A DNA stretch of 64,000 bases from an uncultured Solirubrobacterales bacterium (lineage in GTDB: Bacteria; Actinomycetota; Thermoleophilia; Solirubrobacterales; 70-9): positions 74,165 through 138,164 of the forward strand of contig CAVYOE010000001.1 of assembly GCA_963770155.1 (NCBI GenBank), written 5' to 3'. Both the position numbers and the translations under genes were made by a program. Under the pieces are notes generated by a model. It did not search any database. It saw only the letters and a program-made list of their open reading frames with translations, and was not told the origin of the DNA. Positions 56,833 to 64,000 of the stretch are shown piece by piece; the stretch's first letter is position 1; every line of letters starts with the position of its first letter.

Positions 56833-57225
56833 ATGAAGATCGGCAAGCAACAAATCGAGGAGCTGATCGCTCACGCGCGGTCGGAGGTCCCGAACGAGTG
56901 CTGCGGGATGATCGGCTCGGTCGATGGCCGCGCCGCGACCATCTACAAGGCGGAGAACGCCGAGGGCAGTCCGCTCCGCTACAACCTAGACCCCGCCGAC
57001 CAGTTCCGGATCATGAGCGAGATGGAGGATCGCGGCGAGGAACTCGGCGCCATCTACCACTCGCACACGCAGAGCCCGGCTTACCCATCGCAGACGGACA
57101 TCAATCTGGCTGCCTATCCCGACTCGCTCTACATCATCGTTTCGCTGGCCGAGGGGGAGGAGCCGGTCCGCGCCTTCAGCATCCGCGACGGCGAGGTCGA
57201 CGAGGTACGGCTCACGGTGGAATGA
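56833..57225 (+). CDS. mec: JAMM/MPN+ metalloprotease (Mec-like)
   Basis: ECCG plus the JAMM motif HSHTQSPAYPSQTD (HxHx7Sx2D). 130 aa. Confidence 0.85.
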   Translation: MKIGKQQIEELIAHARSEVPNECCGMIGSVDGRAATIYKAENAEGSPLRYNLDPADQFRIMSEMEDRGEELGAIYHSHTQSPAYPSQTDINLAAYPDSLYIIVSLAEGEEPVRAFSIRDGEVDEVRLTVE

Positions 57226-57726
57226 ATGACCGAGCCGCTCACCTGCCCGCGCTGCGCGCTCGGTCATCCACTCTCTGAGCGCTTTTGCCGCAGCTGCGGC
57301 ATGCCGCTGGTTTACGCGGGCCAGGCCGAGCAGGAGCCGGTCACCGGCGCCCACGAGAAGGCGCGGAAGATCCGCCCGCAGTACGCGCGCGGCGAGCTGG
57401 TGCGGGTCGCCGGCGCCAGGCACCAGGCTGAGGCCGAGCTGGTCCAGGGGCTGCTCCTCGAAGAGGGAATCCCGAGCATCCTGCGGCGGACCCGCGGCTT
57501 CGACGTGCCGGACTTCCTCGCCGCCGGCCCGCGGGACGTGATGGTCCCGGAGTCCGGCTACGAGGCGGCCAGGGAGCTGCTCGCAGCCAACGACCTGGCC
57601 GCGCGCGAGCCCGCGCCGGGGGAGCTGCCCGGGATCGGTTCCCCGCAGCGGCTGGCGATCTGGGTCCTAGCGGCCGGCGCCGCCGCGATCCTGCTCGTCT
57701 GGGCCCTCTACCAGGTCCGCTTCTAG
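57226..57726 (+). CDS. zinc-ribbon plus DUF2007-like protein with C-terminal TM helix
   Basis: CPRCALGHPLSERFCRSCG. DUF2007-like AEAELVQGLLLEEGIPS...VMVPESGYEAARELL. The ATG abuts the mec stop. Confidence 0.55.
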   Translation: MTEPLTCPRCALGHPLSERFCRSCGMPLVYAGQAEQEPVTGAHEKARKIRPQYARGELVRVAGARHQAEAELVQGLLLEEGIPSILRRTRGFDVPDFLAAGPRDVMVPESGYEAARELLAANDLAAREPAPGELPGIGSPQRLAIWVLAAGAAAILLVWALYQVRF

Positions 57727-58596
57727 GTCCTCGAGCCAGTCCTCCGGCTCCTCGAGGCGGAGCTCGCTGGTGCCGGCGTCGAGACCGGCGTCGAGCTCGG
57801 AGATGCTGGTGCCGAGCTCGCCGGCTCGAGGACTCGCCAGCTCTTCTAGGTAGGCGCGCCACTCCCGCTCCACCCTGTGGACCGGCGCCTCGAAGGCGAG
57901 CTCGAGGTTCGCTCGCGGGCCACCCCGGCGGAGGCGCTGGACCATCAGCTCGCAGGCGGCGATTCCGCGCTCCTGCTCCAGCAGGTCAAAGACGGTCCCC
58001 CCGAGAATGACCGCGTCGCGACGGGAGGGAGGAAAGGCGGGGCGGTTCCCGGCGCGGAGCCGGTTGAGCACCGCAGCGCGGTAAAGGGGAACGTGGCCCG
58101 CGAAGTACTGCGAGCCTCCTTCGATCATCCAGGCCCAGCGCAGATAGCGGAAGAAGCGCCGCGGCGTCCAGGTCGGCGGCAGCAGCTCGTTGTTCGCGGC
58201 GAGCACCAGCTGCACGTAGAGCCGGTCGGCGGTGCCGCGCAGCGCCCGCTCGGAATCCTCGCCGCCGGCCCGCTGCTCGGTCCACGGCTCGTTCAGCACG
58301 TGGAGCTCCGTCTTCATCGGCCAGCCTGCGAGATAGCGGCGGCCGGCGGGCGCTGCGGCCCAGCGCACGGCGGGCAGGAGGGGATGGGCCGCCGCCAGCC
58401 AGGCAGGGTTGTCGTGGATGACGATGGTGATGTCGTCAGGGACGAGGTTGAAGCGGTCCTCGAGCTTCAGCCGCAGATCCTCGAGCCGGTCAAGGGTCCG
58501 CTTGGCGAAGGCGGCGTCCGCCTCCTCGTGGCGCGCGGTGAAGCTGAGCGAGTCTGTCTCTACCCAGGCGATTCCGTGAGGCTACGGCTTCGCCAT
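57667..58596 (-). pseudogene. conserved-looking hypothetical protein with unresolved 5' end (in-frame TAG at codon 5 of the longest model)
   Basis: The track ORF is 57667..58368 (GTG). The same frame stays protein-like upstream (VETDSLSFTARHEEADAAFAKRTLDRLEDLRLKLEDRF..ITIVIHDNPAWL) to TAG 58582-58584, which is preceded by ATG-GCG-AAG-CCG (58596). Confidence 0.4.
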
Positions 58597-58621
58597 CACG
58601 GACACGACAAGATGCGCCCGG

Positions 58622-60094
58622 ATGGCCGAGCAACCAGATCCGGCCGAGGGTACGCCACTTTCCCCTCGCAACCTCCCGGTGGCGGCCGACGCACGGATCT
58701 CGCGCCGCGATGGGCGTCATCGGGTCAGCTACCGCCTACCGATTCCTTACTTCGGCCCCTTGTGGGCCCCCTGGGTCGCTCGCCGGGCAAGGGAGGTCGA
58801 AACGGCCGCCGACGCCGGCAAGCCGCTGCCCGTCGACACGCCCTGGTGGGCGCCGCCTGAGCAGTTCAGCGCCCGCGCCAGCGAGGCGCTCGCCGCCCTC
58901 TGCCTGATCTCGCTGCTCTGGAGCTACGGCGGCGGGACGCTCAGCCTGCTTTCGCTGACCCTTCCTTACGCCGCCGAGATCTACTCGGTCGACAATTCCG
59001 AGCTGGCGGCCGGTCTCGCCGTGGTTCGGGCTGGGGTGATTCTCGCCTTGATACTGGGACCTTTGGCGGACCGCTTCGGCCGGCGCCGGCTGGTTGTCGT
59101 CACCGCATGCGCCCACTGCGTCCTGGCGGCCGGGCTCGGCCTCGCACCGAGCTTCGACCTCTACGTCGGCGGCCACCTCTTGCTGCGCGCGGTCGACACG
59201 ACGCTCGGCATCGCGATCGCCGTGCTCGTCGCCGAGATCGTCCCCGCAGGCTCGCGCGCGGTCGCACTCAGCCTGATCGGGCTGGCGGCCGGCGGCGGAA
59301 TCGTGCTCGCGGTTTGCTCGCTGCCGCTGGCCGCGGCCGGTTCGGCCGGCTTCGCTTCGGTCTATCTGGTGCAGCTGCTGGCGCTGCCGCTGATCCTCCA
59401 CGCGGCAACGCACGTCTCGGAATCACCCCGCTTCCTGCGCCATGCGGACGAGCCGCATCGCTACCGCGACGTGCTCTCCGGCATCTACCGGCGGCGCCTG
59501 ATCCTGATCGGCGGCACGACCTTCCTCGCTGCGGCCTTCACCGCGCCGACGCTTGAATTCACTACCCGCTATCTCGACGACTCGCACGGGTTCTCCTCTC
59601 TGGAGATCGTCGTCTTCCTCGCCGTGACCGGGCTCCCGAGCTTCCCGATGCTGCTCCTAGGCGGCCGGCTCTCGGACGTAACCAGCCGGAAACGCGTCGG
59701 CATCCCGCTGGTCGCAGGCTCGGCGCTCGCCTATGCGGGCTTCTATCTGGCCTCCGGGTGGCTGATCTGGCCGCTCGCCCTTGCCGGGGCGATGCTCGGC
59801 TCCGCCGGGGGCGCGGCGCTGGCGCCCTATGGAGCGGAGCTGTTTGCGACCCGGATGCGGTCGGAGGCGCAGACGCTCACCCTGGTGATGGGTGTCGCCG
59901 GCTCCGCGGCCGGACTCGCGATCGTCAGCGTCCTCTCGGACCCGCTGGGCATCGGCCCGGCGATCTCGCTGCTGGCCCTGCTGCCGCTGATCGGTCTCGT
60001 GGTCGTCGCAGCCGCCTTCCCCGAGACGACGCGTCAGGAACTGGAGGAAACGAGCGGGGAGCAGAGCCCGCCGGCCGGTCCTTCGGCGCCTTAG
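58622..60094 (+). CDS. MFS transporter with about 90-aa cytoplasmic N-terminal extension
   Basis: About 12 TM helices. Loop 2-3 MFS motif GPLADRFGRRR. Confidence 0.85.
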   Translation: MAEQPDPAEGTPLSPRNLPVAADARISRRDGRHRVSYRLPIPYFGPLWAPWVARRAREVETAADAGKPLPVDTPWWAPPEQFSARASEALAALCLISLLWSYGGGTLSLLSLTLPYAAEIYSVDNSELAAGLAVVRAGVILALILGPLADRFGRRRLVVVTACAHCVLAAGLGLAPSFDLYVGGHLLLRAVDTTLGIAIAVLVAEIVPAGSRAVALSLIGLAAGGGIVLAVCSLPLAAAGSAGFASVYLVQLLALPLILHAATHVSESPRFLRHADEPHRYRDVLSGIYRRRLILIGGTTFLAAAFTAPTLEFTTRYLDDSHGFSSLEIVVFLAVTGLPSFPMLLLGGRLSDVTSRKRVGIPLVAGSALAYAGFYLASGWLIWPLALAGAMLGSAGGAALAPYGAELFATRMRSEAQTLTLVMGVAGSAAGLAIVSVLSDPLGIGPAISLLALLPLIGLVVVAAAFPETTRQELEETSGEQSPPAGPSAP

Positions 60095-60100
60095 GAGAGG

Positions 60101-60733
60101 CTAGGCCGGAACCGGCTCGCCGACGTCGTCGCAGGCGGCGCGGATGGTGGCCGCGGCGCGCACGAACTCCTCGTCGGCCATCACCGGTGTGCCCTCGAAG
60201 GGCAGGTCGCGGTCGATCTCGACCCAGGTGTGGCAGCCGTGGTACTCGTCCTTGACCCGGACGGTGACCGGGCGCGGGATCCGGTAGACCCGGAGCAGCA
60301 GCACGTGCAGAGGATGCGTCCGCTTCCACTGCAGGCGCTTCTGCGCGTAGTCGTTGGTCCAGATGTGGAAGGGAGTGAGGGCCTCGACGACGCGGTGGTC
60401 GTCTGTGGTGATGTGGTCGGAGACCTCGGCCCAGGCACGGATTCGGACCCGGTCGGGCTGGGGAATGCCCCCGTCCTGGATCAGGGCCCGCGGGGGTGGC
60501 TCCTCGTCGGGCCATACACCCTCCTCGAGCGCGCGACGCAGCTCGGGGTGGTGGGACTCGCGCACCAGATCGTTCCGCTGGTGATCGAAGGTGGGATAGA
60601 GGAAGAACTGCTCGTGCTCGAGCTCGAAGTGCTTGTCATCCTCGCTAATTCCGCCCTTTCGCAGTGCGACCAGCTGCTCACCTTCGGCGAGAGCGCGCAC
60701 TGTCAGGGCCCATTCCTTGAAAGCGATCGGCAT
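60101..60733 (-). CDS. DUF1802 family protein
   Basis: MPIAFKEWALTVRALAEGEQLVALRKGGI...FFLYPTF is a typical DUF1802 N-terminus. ATG 60733 within ORF 60101..60865. Confidence 0.6.
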   Translation of the reverse strand: MPIAFKEWALTVRALAEGEQLVALRKGGISEDDKHFELEHEQFFLYPTFDHQRNDLVRESHHPELRRALEEGVWPDEEPPPRALIQDGGIPQPDRVRIRAWAEVSDHITTDDHRVVEALTPFHIWTNDYAQKRLQWKRTHPLHVLLLRVYRIPRPVTVRVKDEYHGCHTWVEIDRDLPFEGTPVMADEEFVRAAATIRAACDDVGEPVPA

Positions 60734-60836
60734 CTGGTGTCTTTCGAGTCCTTTTCTGTGGGAGTTGGTCTCTGAAGCGGGGCTTTTTATGCGGGAAAGC
60801 CGGTCCGGTCCGGCACCCCTTGCCCGCGGAGGCGCG

Positions 60837-60865
60837 ATTCTAGACGAGCGACTCAGGAATCGCAA
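60837..60865 (-). promoter_or_regulatory. candidate sigma70-type promoter TTGCGA-N17-TAGAAT for the DUF1802 gene
   Basis: On the minus strand the -35 TTGCGA is at 60865-60860 and the -10 TAGAAT at 60842-60837, with a 17-nt spacer. It lies in the most AT-rich gap of the window. Confidence 0.35.
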
Positions 60866-60869
60866 CTCT

Positions 60870-60885
60870 TGTGCAACCTGTCACA
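60870..60885. promoter_or_regulatory. CRP/FNR-family-like site TGTGC-N6-TCACA
   Basis: TGTGCAACCTGTCACA compared with the consensus TGTGA-N6-TCACA. It sits 4 nt upstream of the candidate -35. Confidence 0.3.
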
Positions 60886-60913
60886 AAGCCGATGCGATTA
60901 GTTGTAAGTATCT

Positions 60914-60937
60914 GAAATCCCATCGGCATGGGATTTC
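60914..60937 (-). terminator. perfect 10-bp hairpin GAAATCCCAT-cggc-ATGGGATTTC downstream of hyuB (possible terminator or operator)
   Basis: Seen directly, 37 nt after the hyuB stop. The U-tract is weak, with only the TTTC of the stem. Confidence 0.35.
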
Positions 60938-60974
60938 CGGGGCCCTGGCTCCCCGGCCAGCTGCAATCGAGCCC

Positions 60975-62489
60975 TCAGGGACGGCCGTGGCCGCCGCCGC
61001 CCGGCGTCTCGATGCGCAGCACGTCGCCCGGTTTCAGCTCGCCCGAAGATTTCGGCTCGAGCGGCTCGCCGTTGAGCGTGTCTCGCCCCGATGAGCCGGG
61101 TTCGCCGCCGTTTCGGCCCTGTGGGGCGCGCCGCCGCCGCTCGGCGAGCAAGTTGAAGGAGGACGGCGCCAGCACCTCCAACTCACGCACGATTCCGTTC
61201 CCGCCGCGGTGCCTCCCGGCGCCGCCGCTGCCGCGCCGCAGCGACAACTCGCGAACCCGGAGCGGAAACTCGGTCTCGAGCGCCTCGACCGGGGTGTTGA
61301 GCGTGTTCGACATCGCGACGTGGACGGCGTCGGGCCCATCGGCTCCTGAGCAGGCGCCCTGCCCGCCGCCGATCGTCTCGTAGTAGGTGAAGGCCCGCTG
61401 ACCGGTCCCGGCGAGGGTGAGGTTGTTCATCGTCCCCTGGCCCTGGGCCGGGGCATCGACCAGCCCGGACAGCGCCTCGAAAGTGAGGTCGGCGACGCGG
61501 CTCGACGTCTCGACGTTGCCGGCCGCGACCGCGGCGGGCGGTTCCGCATTGAGCAGCGAGCCCGCCGGCGCAGTCACCTCCACCGGCCGCCAGCAGCCGG
61601 CCGACGCTGGGGCATCCGGATCGAACAGAACTCTGACCGCGAAGAAGCACGCTGATTTGGTCACGGACAGCGGGCAGTTCAGGTTGCCTTCGACCTGGTC
61701 TGCGGTACCGGTGAAGTCGAGGAGGAGCCGCTCGCCGGAGAGCTCGGCACGCAGGCGCAGCTCGATCTCGCCGCCGACGGCCTCGAGCACGTCGGATGCT
61801 TCGCCGGTTCCGTCGGGAGCTTCGCCCAGCGCCGCCTTCATGCGGCGCTCGGCGTAATCGAGGATCGCCGCCATGCCTTCGCGCAGCTCTGCCTTGCCGT
61901 GGCGGCCAGCGAGCTCGCCGAGGCGCCGCACGCCGGTGAGATTGGCGGCACGCTGGGCACGAAGGTCGGCGAGCCGCTGCTCGGGCTGGCGCATCTTCTC
62001 CGCCAGGTCCCGGAGGCCGTCATCGTCGAAGCGCGACGGGGGGATCACGACCCCCTCCTGGTCGAGCCGGGTCGAGTCGACCGGCATCCCGGCCGGGGTG
62101 GGCCCGCCGACGTCCGCATGGTGCGCGCGCGACGCCGCGAAGCCGAGCAGGTCGCTACCGGTCCCGCTTCCCATGAAGACGGGGCTGATCAGCGTGATGT
62201 CCGGAAGGTGGGTGCCGCCGCGGAATGGATCGTTGATGACCCAGAGGTCGCCTTCGGCGTGGTCTTCGTCGAGGACGACGGCGACCGCATCCGGCATGGA
62301 GCCGAGGTGGACCGGGATGTGCTCCGCCTGCATCACGAGCTCGCCGGCCGAGTCGAACAGGGCGGTGGAGCAGTCCCGCCGTTCCTTGATGTTGGCCGAG
62401 TGCGAGGAGCGGACCAGAACCGCTCCCATCTCTTCGCAGACCGCACGCAGTGCTCCGGACAAGACCTGGAGGGTCACCGGGTCTGTCAC
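60975..62489 (-). CDS. hyuB: hydantoinase B / oxoprolinase family protein
   Basis: DPVTLQVLSGALRAVCEEMGAVLVRSSHSANIKERRDCSTALFD, FPLRVRELSLRRGSGGAGRHRGGNG. GTG overlaps the hyuA stop. Confidence 0.9.
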   Translation of the reverse strand: MTDPVTLQVLSGALRAVCEEMGAVLVRSSHSANIKERRDCSTALFDSAGELVMQAEHIPVHLGSMPDAVAVVLDEDHAEGDLWVINDPFRGGTHLPDITLISPVFMGSGTGSDLLGFAASRAHHADVGGPTPAGMPVDSTRLDQEGVVIPPSRFDDDGLRDLAEKMRQPEQRLADLRAQRAANLTGVRRLGELAGRHGKAELREGMAAILDYAERRMKAALGEAPDGTGEASDVLEAVGGEIELRLRAELSGERLLLDFTGTADQVEGNLNCPLSVTKSACFFAVRVLFDPDAPASAGCWRPVEVTAPAGSLLNAEPPAAVAAGNVETSSRVADLTFEALSGLVDAPAQGQGTMNNLTLAGTGQRAFTYYETIGGGQGACSGADGPDAVHVAMSNTLNTPVEALETEFPLRVRELSLRRGSGGAGRHRGGNGIVRELEVLAPSSFNLLAERRRRAPQGRNGGEPGSSGRDTLNGEPLEPKSSGELKPGDVLRIETPGGGGHGRP

Positions 62490-64000
62490 TTGCCGCTCCG
62501 GTGCGCGACCACGGTGCCTGACGTGTCGGTCTCGCCGGTCCAGCCTGGTGGCAGGACCAGGGTCGCCTCAGGGAGCTCGAGCACAGACGGTCCCTCGATC
62601 TCGAACCCGGCCGGGGGATCGCCCCGGACGACCGAGGCGTCGAGCCATTCGCCGTCGAACCACGCCCGCCGGCCGCTGCGCTCCGGCTGCTGCGAAGAGG
62701 ATGCCTCGATCCGGGGCTCCGGCCCGGGCTCCACCGCCGCCACGCGCAGGTTGACCAGCTCAACCTCTGCATCCGAATCCCGGTAGCCGTAGCGAGCCTC
62801 ATGCTCGCTTGCGAACGCCTCGGCAAGCGCGACGGGGTCTGGCTCCGTCGACTCATCGGGCAGCGCAACCGGGAGCTCGAAGGCCTGTCCGCGATAGCGG
62901 AGCTCGAAGCTGATCTCGACCCGAGGCTGCTCGAGCCCGGCCGTGATCTTCTTGACCAGCTCGTCGATCTCACCAGTCAGGCGGTCCCGGGTGAGCTCGG
63001 GACCGGCGAGCATCACAGTCCGGCCCAGATCGCGGCGGCGCTCGGAGGCGACCAGACCGAGTGCCGACAGGACCCCGCTCGCACGGGGGCAAAGGATCCG
63101 TTCGATCTCGAGCTCCTCCGCCACCGCAGCGGCGTGCATCGGCCCCGCTCCACCGAACGGCAGCAGGGCAAAGCGCCGCGGGTCGACGCCGCGCTCGACC
63201 GTGACCACCCGCAGCGCGCGGACCATTTCCTGGTTGGCGACGCGCCTGATGCCGGCCGCGGTTTCGATCTCGGACAGCCCGAGCTTCGCTCCGAGGCTCC
63301 CCAGGGCGGCCGCTCCGGCCTCGCGATCGAGCGCGACGCCGCCCGCGAGCGGTGAGCGGTCGGACAAATAGCCGAGCGCGAGGTTCGCGTCGGTGACGGT
63401 CGGTTCGGTGCCGCCGCGTCCGTAGCAGGCCGGCCCGGGCTCCGCCCCCGCCGACCGCGGCCCGACCCGCAACGCCCCGCCGCGATCGCGCCAGCCGATC
63501 GAGCCCCCGCCGGCGCCGACCGTGTGCACGTCCACCATCGGAAGCTGGATCGGGCGTCCGGCAAGCTCACGGGCATCGGTGCGGCGGACCCTGCCCTCTT
63601 CGACGACGCAGACATCGCACGAGGTCCCACCCATGTCGAAGCCGAGCGCGTTCCCGTCGCCTGATGCCCGCGCCAGAACCCCGGCTCCCACCGCCCCGCC
63701 GGCCGGCCCGGAAAGGACGCTCCAGGCCCCGGCCTTGGCCGCCTCGGCTGCCGGAGCGACACCGCCGGAGGAGCGCATCATGGTCGGCTCAGGCACGTCC
63801 CGCTCGCGGCACGCCCTTGCGAGCCGGTCCAGATAGCGGCCGAGGAGGGGGGAGAGGTAGGCGTCGATCACCGTTGTCGAGCAGCGCTCGTATTCCCGGA
63901 ACTGCGGCAGGACCTCGTGCGAGGCAGAGACGTGGAGGCCGGGGAGCTCAGCCCGCAGCCGCTCGGCAAGCCGGGACTCGTGGCTCGGGTCGAGATAGCT
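62486..64000 (-). CDS. hyuA: hydantoinase A / oxoprolinase family protein (5' end beyond the window)
   Basis: GFDMGGTSCDV, HTVGAGGGSI, GPAGGAVG. The frame stays open and protein-like (SYLDPSHESRLAERL...) to position 64000. Confidence 0.9.
   Translation of the reverse strand, partial: SYLDPSHESRLAERLRAELPGLHVSASHEVLPQFREYERCSTTVIDAYLSPLLGRYLDRLARACRERDVPEPTMMRSSGGVAPAAEAAKAGAWSVLSGPAGGAVGAGVLARASGDGNALGFDMGGTSCDVCVVEEGRVRRTDARELAGRPIQLPMVDVHTVGAGGGSIGWRDRGGALRVGPRSAGAEPGPACYGRGGTEPTVTDANLALGYLSDRSPLAGGVALDREAGAAALGSLGAKLGLSEIETAAGIRRVANQEMVRALRVVTVERGVDPRRFALLPFGGAGPMHAAAVAEELEIERILCPRASGVLSALGLVASERRRDLGRTVMLAGPELTRDRLTGEIDELVKKITAGLEQPRVEISFELRYRGQAFELPVALPDESTEPDPVALAEAFASEHEARYGYRDSDAEVELVNLRVAAVEPGPEPRIEASSSQQPERSGRRAWFDGEWLDASVVRGDPPAGFEIEGPSVLELPEATLVLPPGWTGETDTSGTVVAHRSGK

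Noticed and set aside
57667-57726. 60-nt convergent overlap of two gene ends (also 41 nt at 15123-15163)
   Set aside because: Convergent 3' overlaps are common in compact high-GC genomes. Both overlapping tails are low-complexity and may reflect slightly mis-called stops. There is no evidence of function.
1-64000. Search for CRISPR arrays, tRNA/rRNA genes, IS elements, integrases, prophage genes and toxin-antitoxin pairs
   Set aside because: None were found. No intergenic gap longer than 100 nt shows tRNA-like or repeat-spacer structure, and no ORF shows transposase, integrase or phage hallmarks.

Overview
High-GC (about 68-70%) bacterial chromosome segment. By eye the proteins look like Actinomycetota, possibly Thermoleophilia- or Rubrobacteria-like, but this is a guess with no search behind it. 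All calls come from reading the ORF translations for family motifs. The window is dense core and housekeeping DNA. I found no CRISPR array, tRNA, rRNA, transposase, integrase or phage genes, and no recognisable defence island. Recognisable content: thrB; a frame-disrupted gltB; a class B PBP divergent from a MarP-like protease; an addB-addA helicase-nuclease operon; GH31 and S8 secreted enzymes; WS/DGAT; ispH; a TroA/ZnuABC-type metal importer with a Zur-like box in its 30-nt divergent promoter; a SUF Fe-S system split into three loci; LemA-DUF2207; htpX; a sulfur-carrier cysteine pathway (rhodanese-ThiF, CysO-like carrier, CysM, JAMM Mec) interrupted by an amino-acid ABC importer; an MFS transporter; DUF1802; and hyuB/hyuA (hyuA runs off the right edge). 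The main second-look items follow. (1) About 11 reading-frame breaks occur in six conserved genes, all with the polarity of a single extra base and strongly clustered. This points to insertion-type sequence error more than to decay. (2) A lysine/arginine-rich di-cysteine module is shared by two unrelated secreted proteins. (3) The suf genes are fragmented, sit behind an Rrf2-type regulator, and have a secreted beta-propeller gene directly downstream. (4) A 271-aa unknown gene is translationally embedded between cysM and mec, the carrier ends GG-AS, and the E1 has reversed domain order. (5) A four-gene operon encodes a CADD/haem-oxygenase-like protein, a small TM peptide, a cupredoxin-like protein and a polytopic membrane protein. 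I do not see a convincing novel multi-gene system beyond these. Start codons are often uncertain because the ORF track reports the longest ATG/GTG/TTG ORFs.
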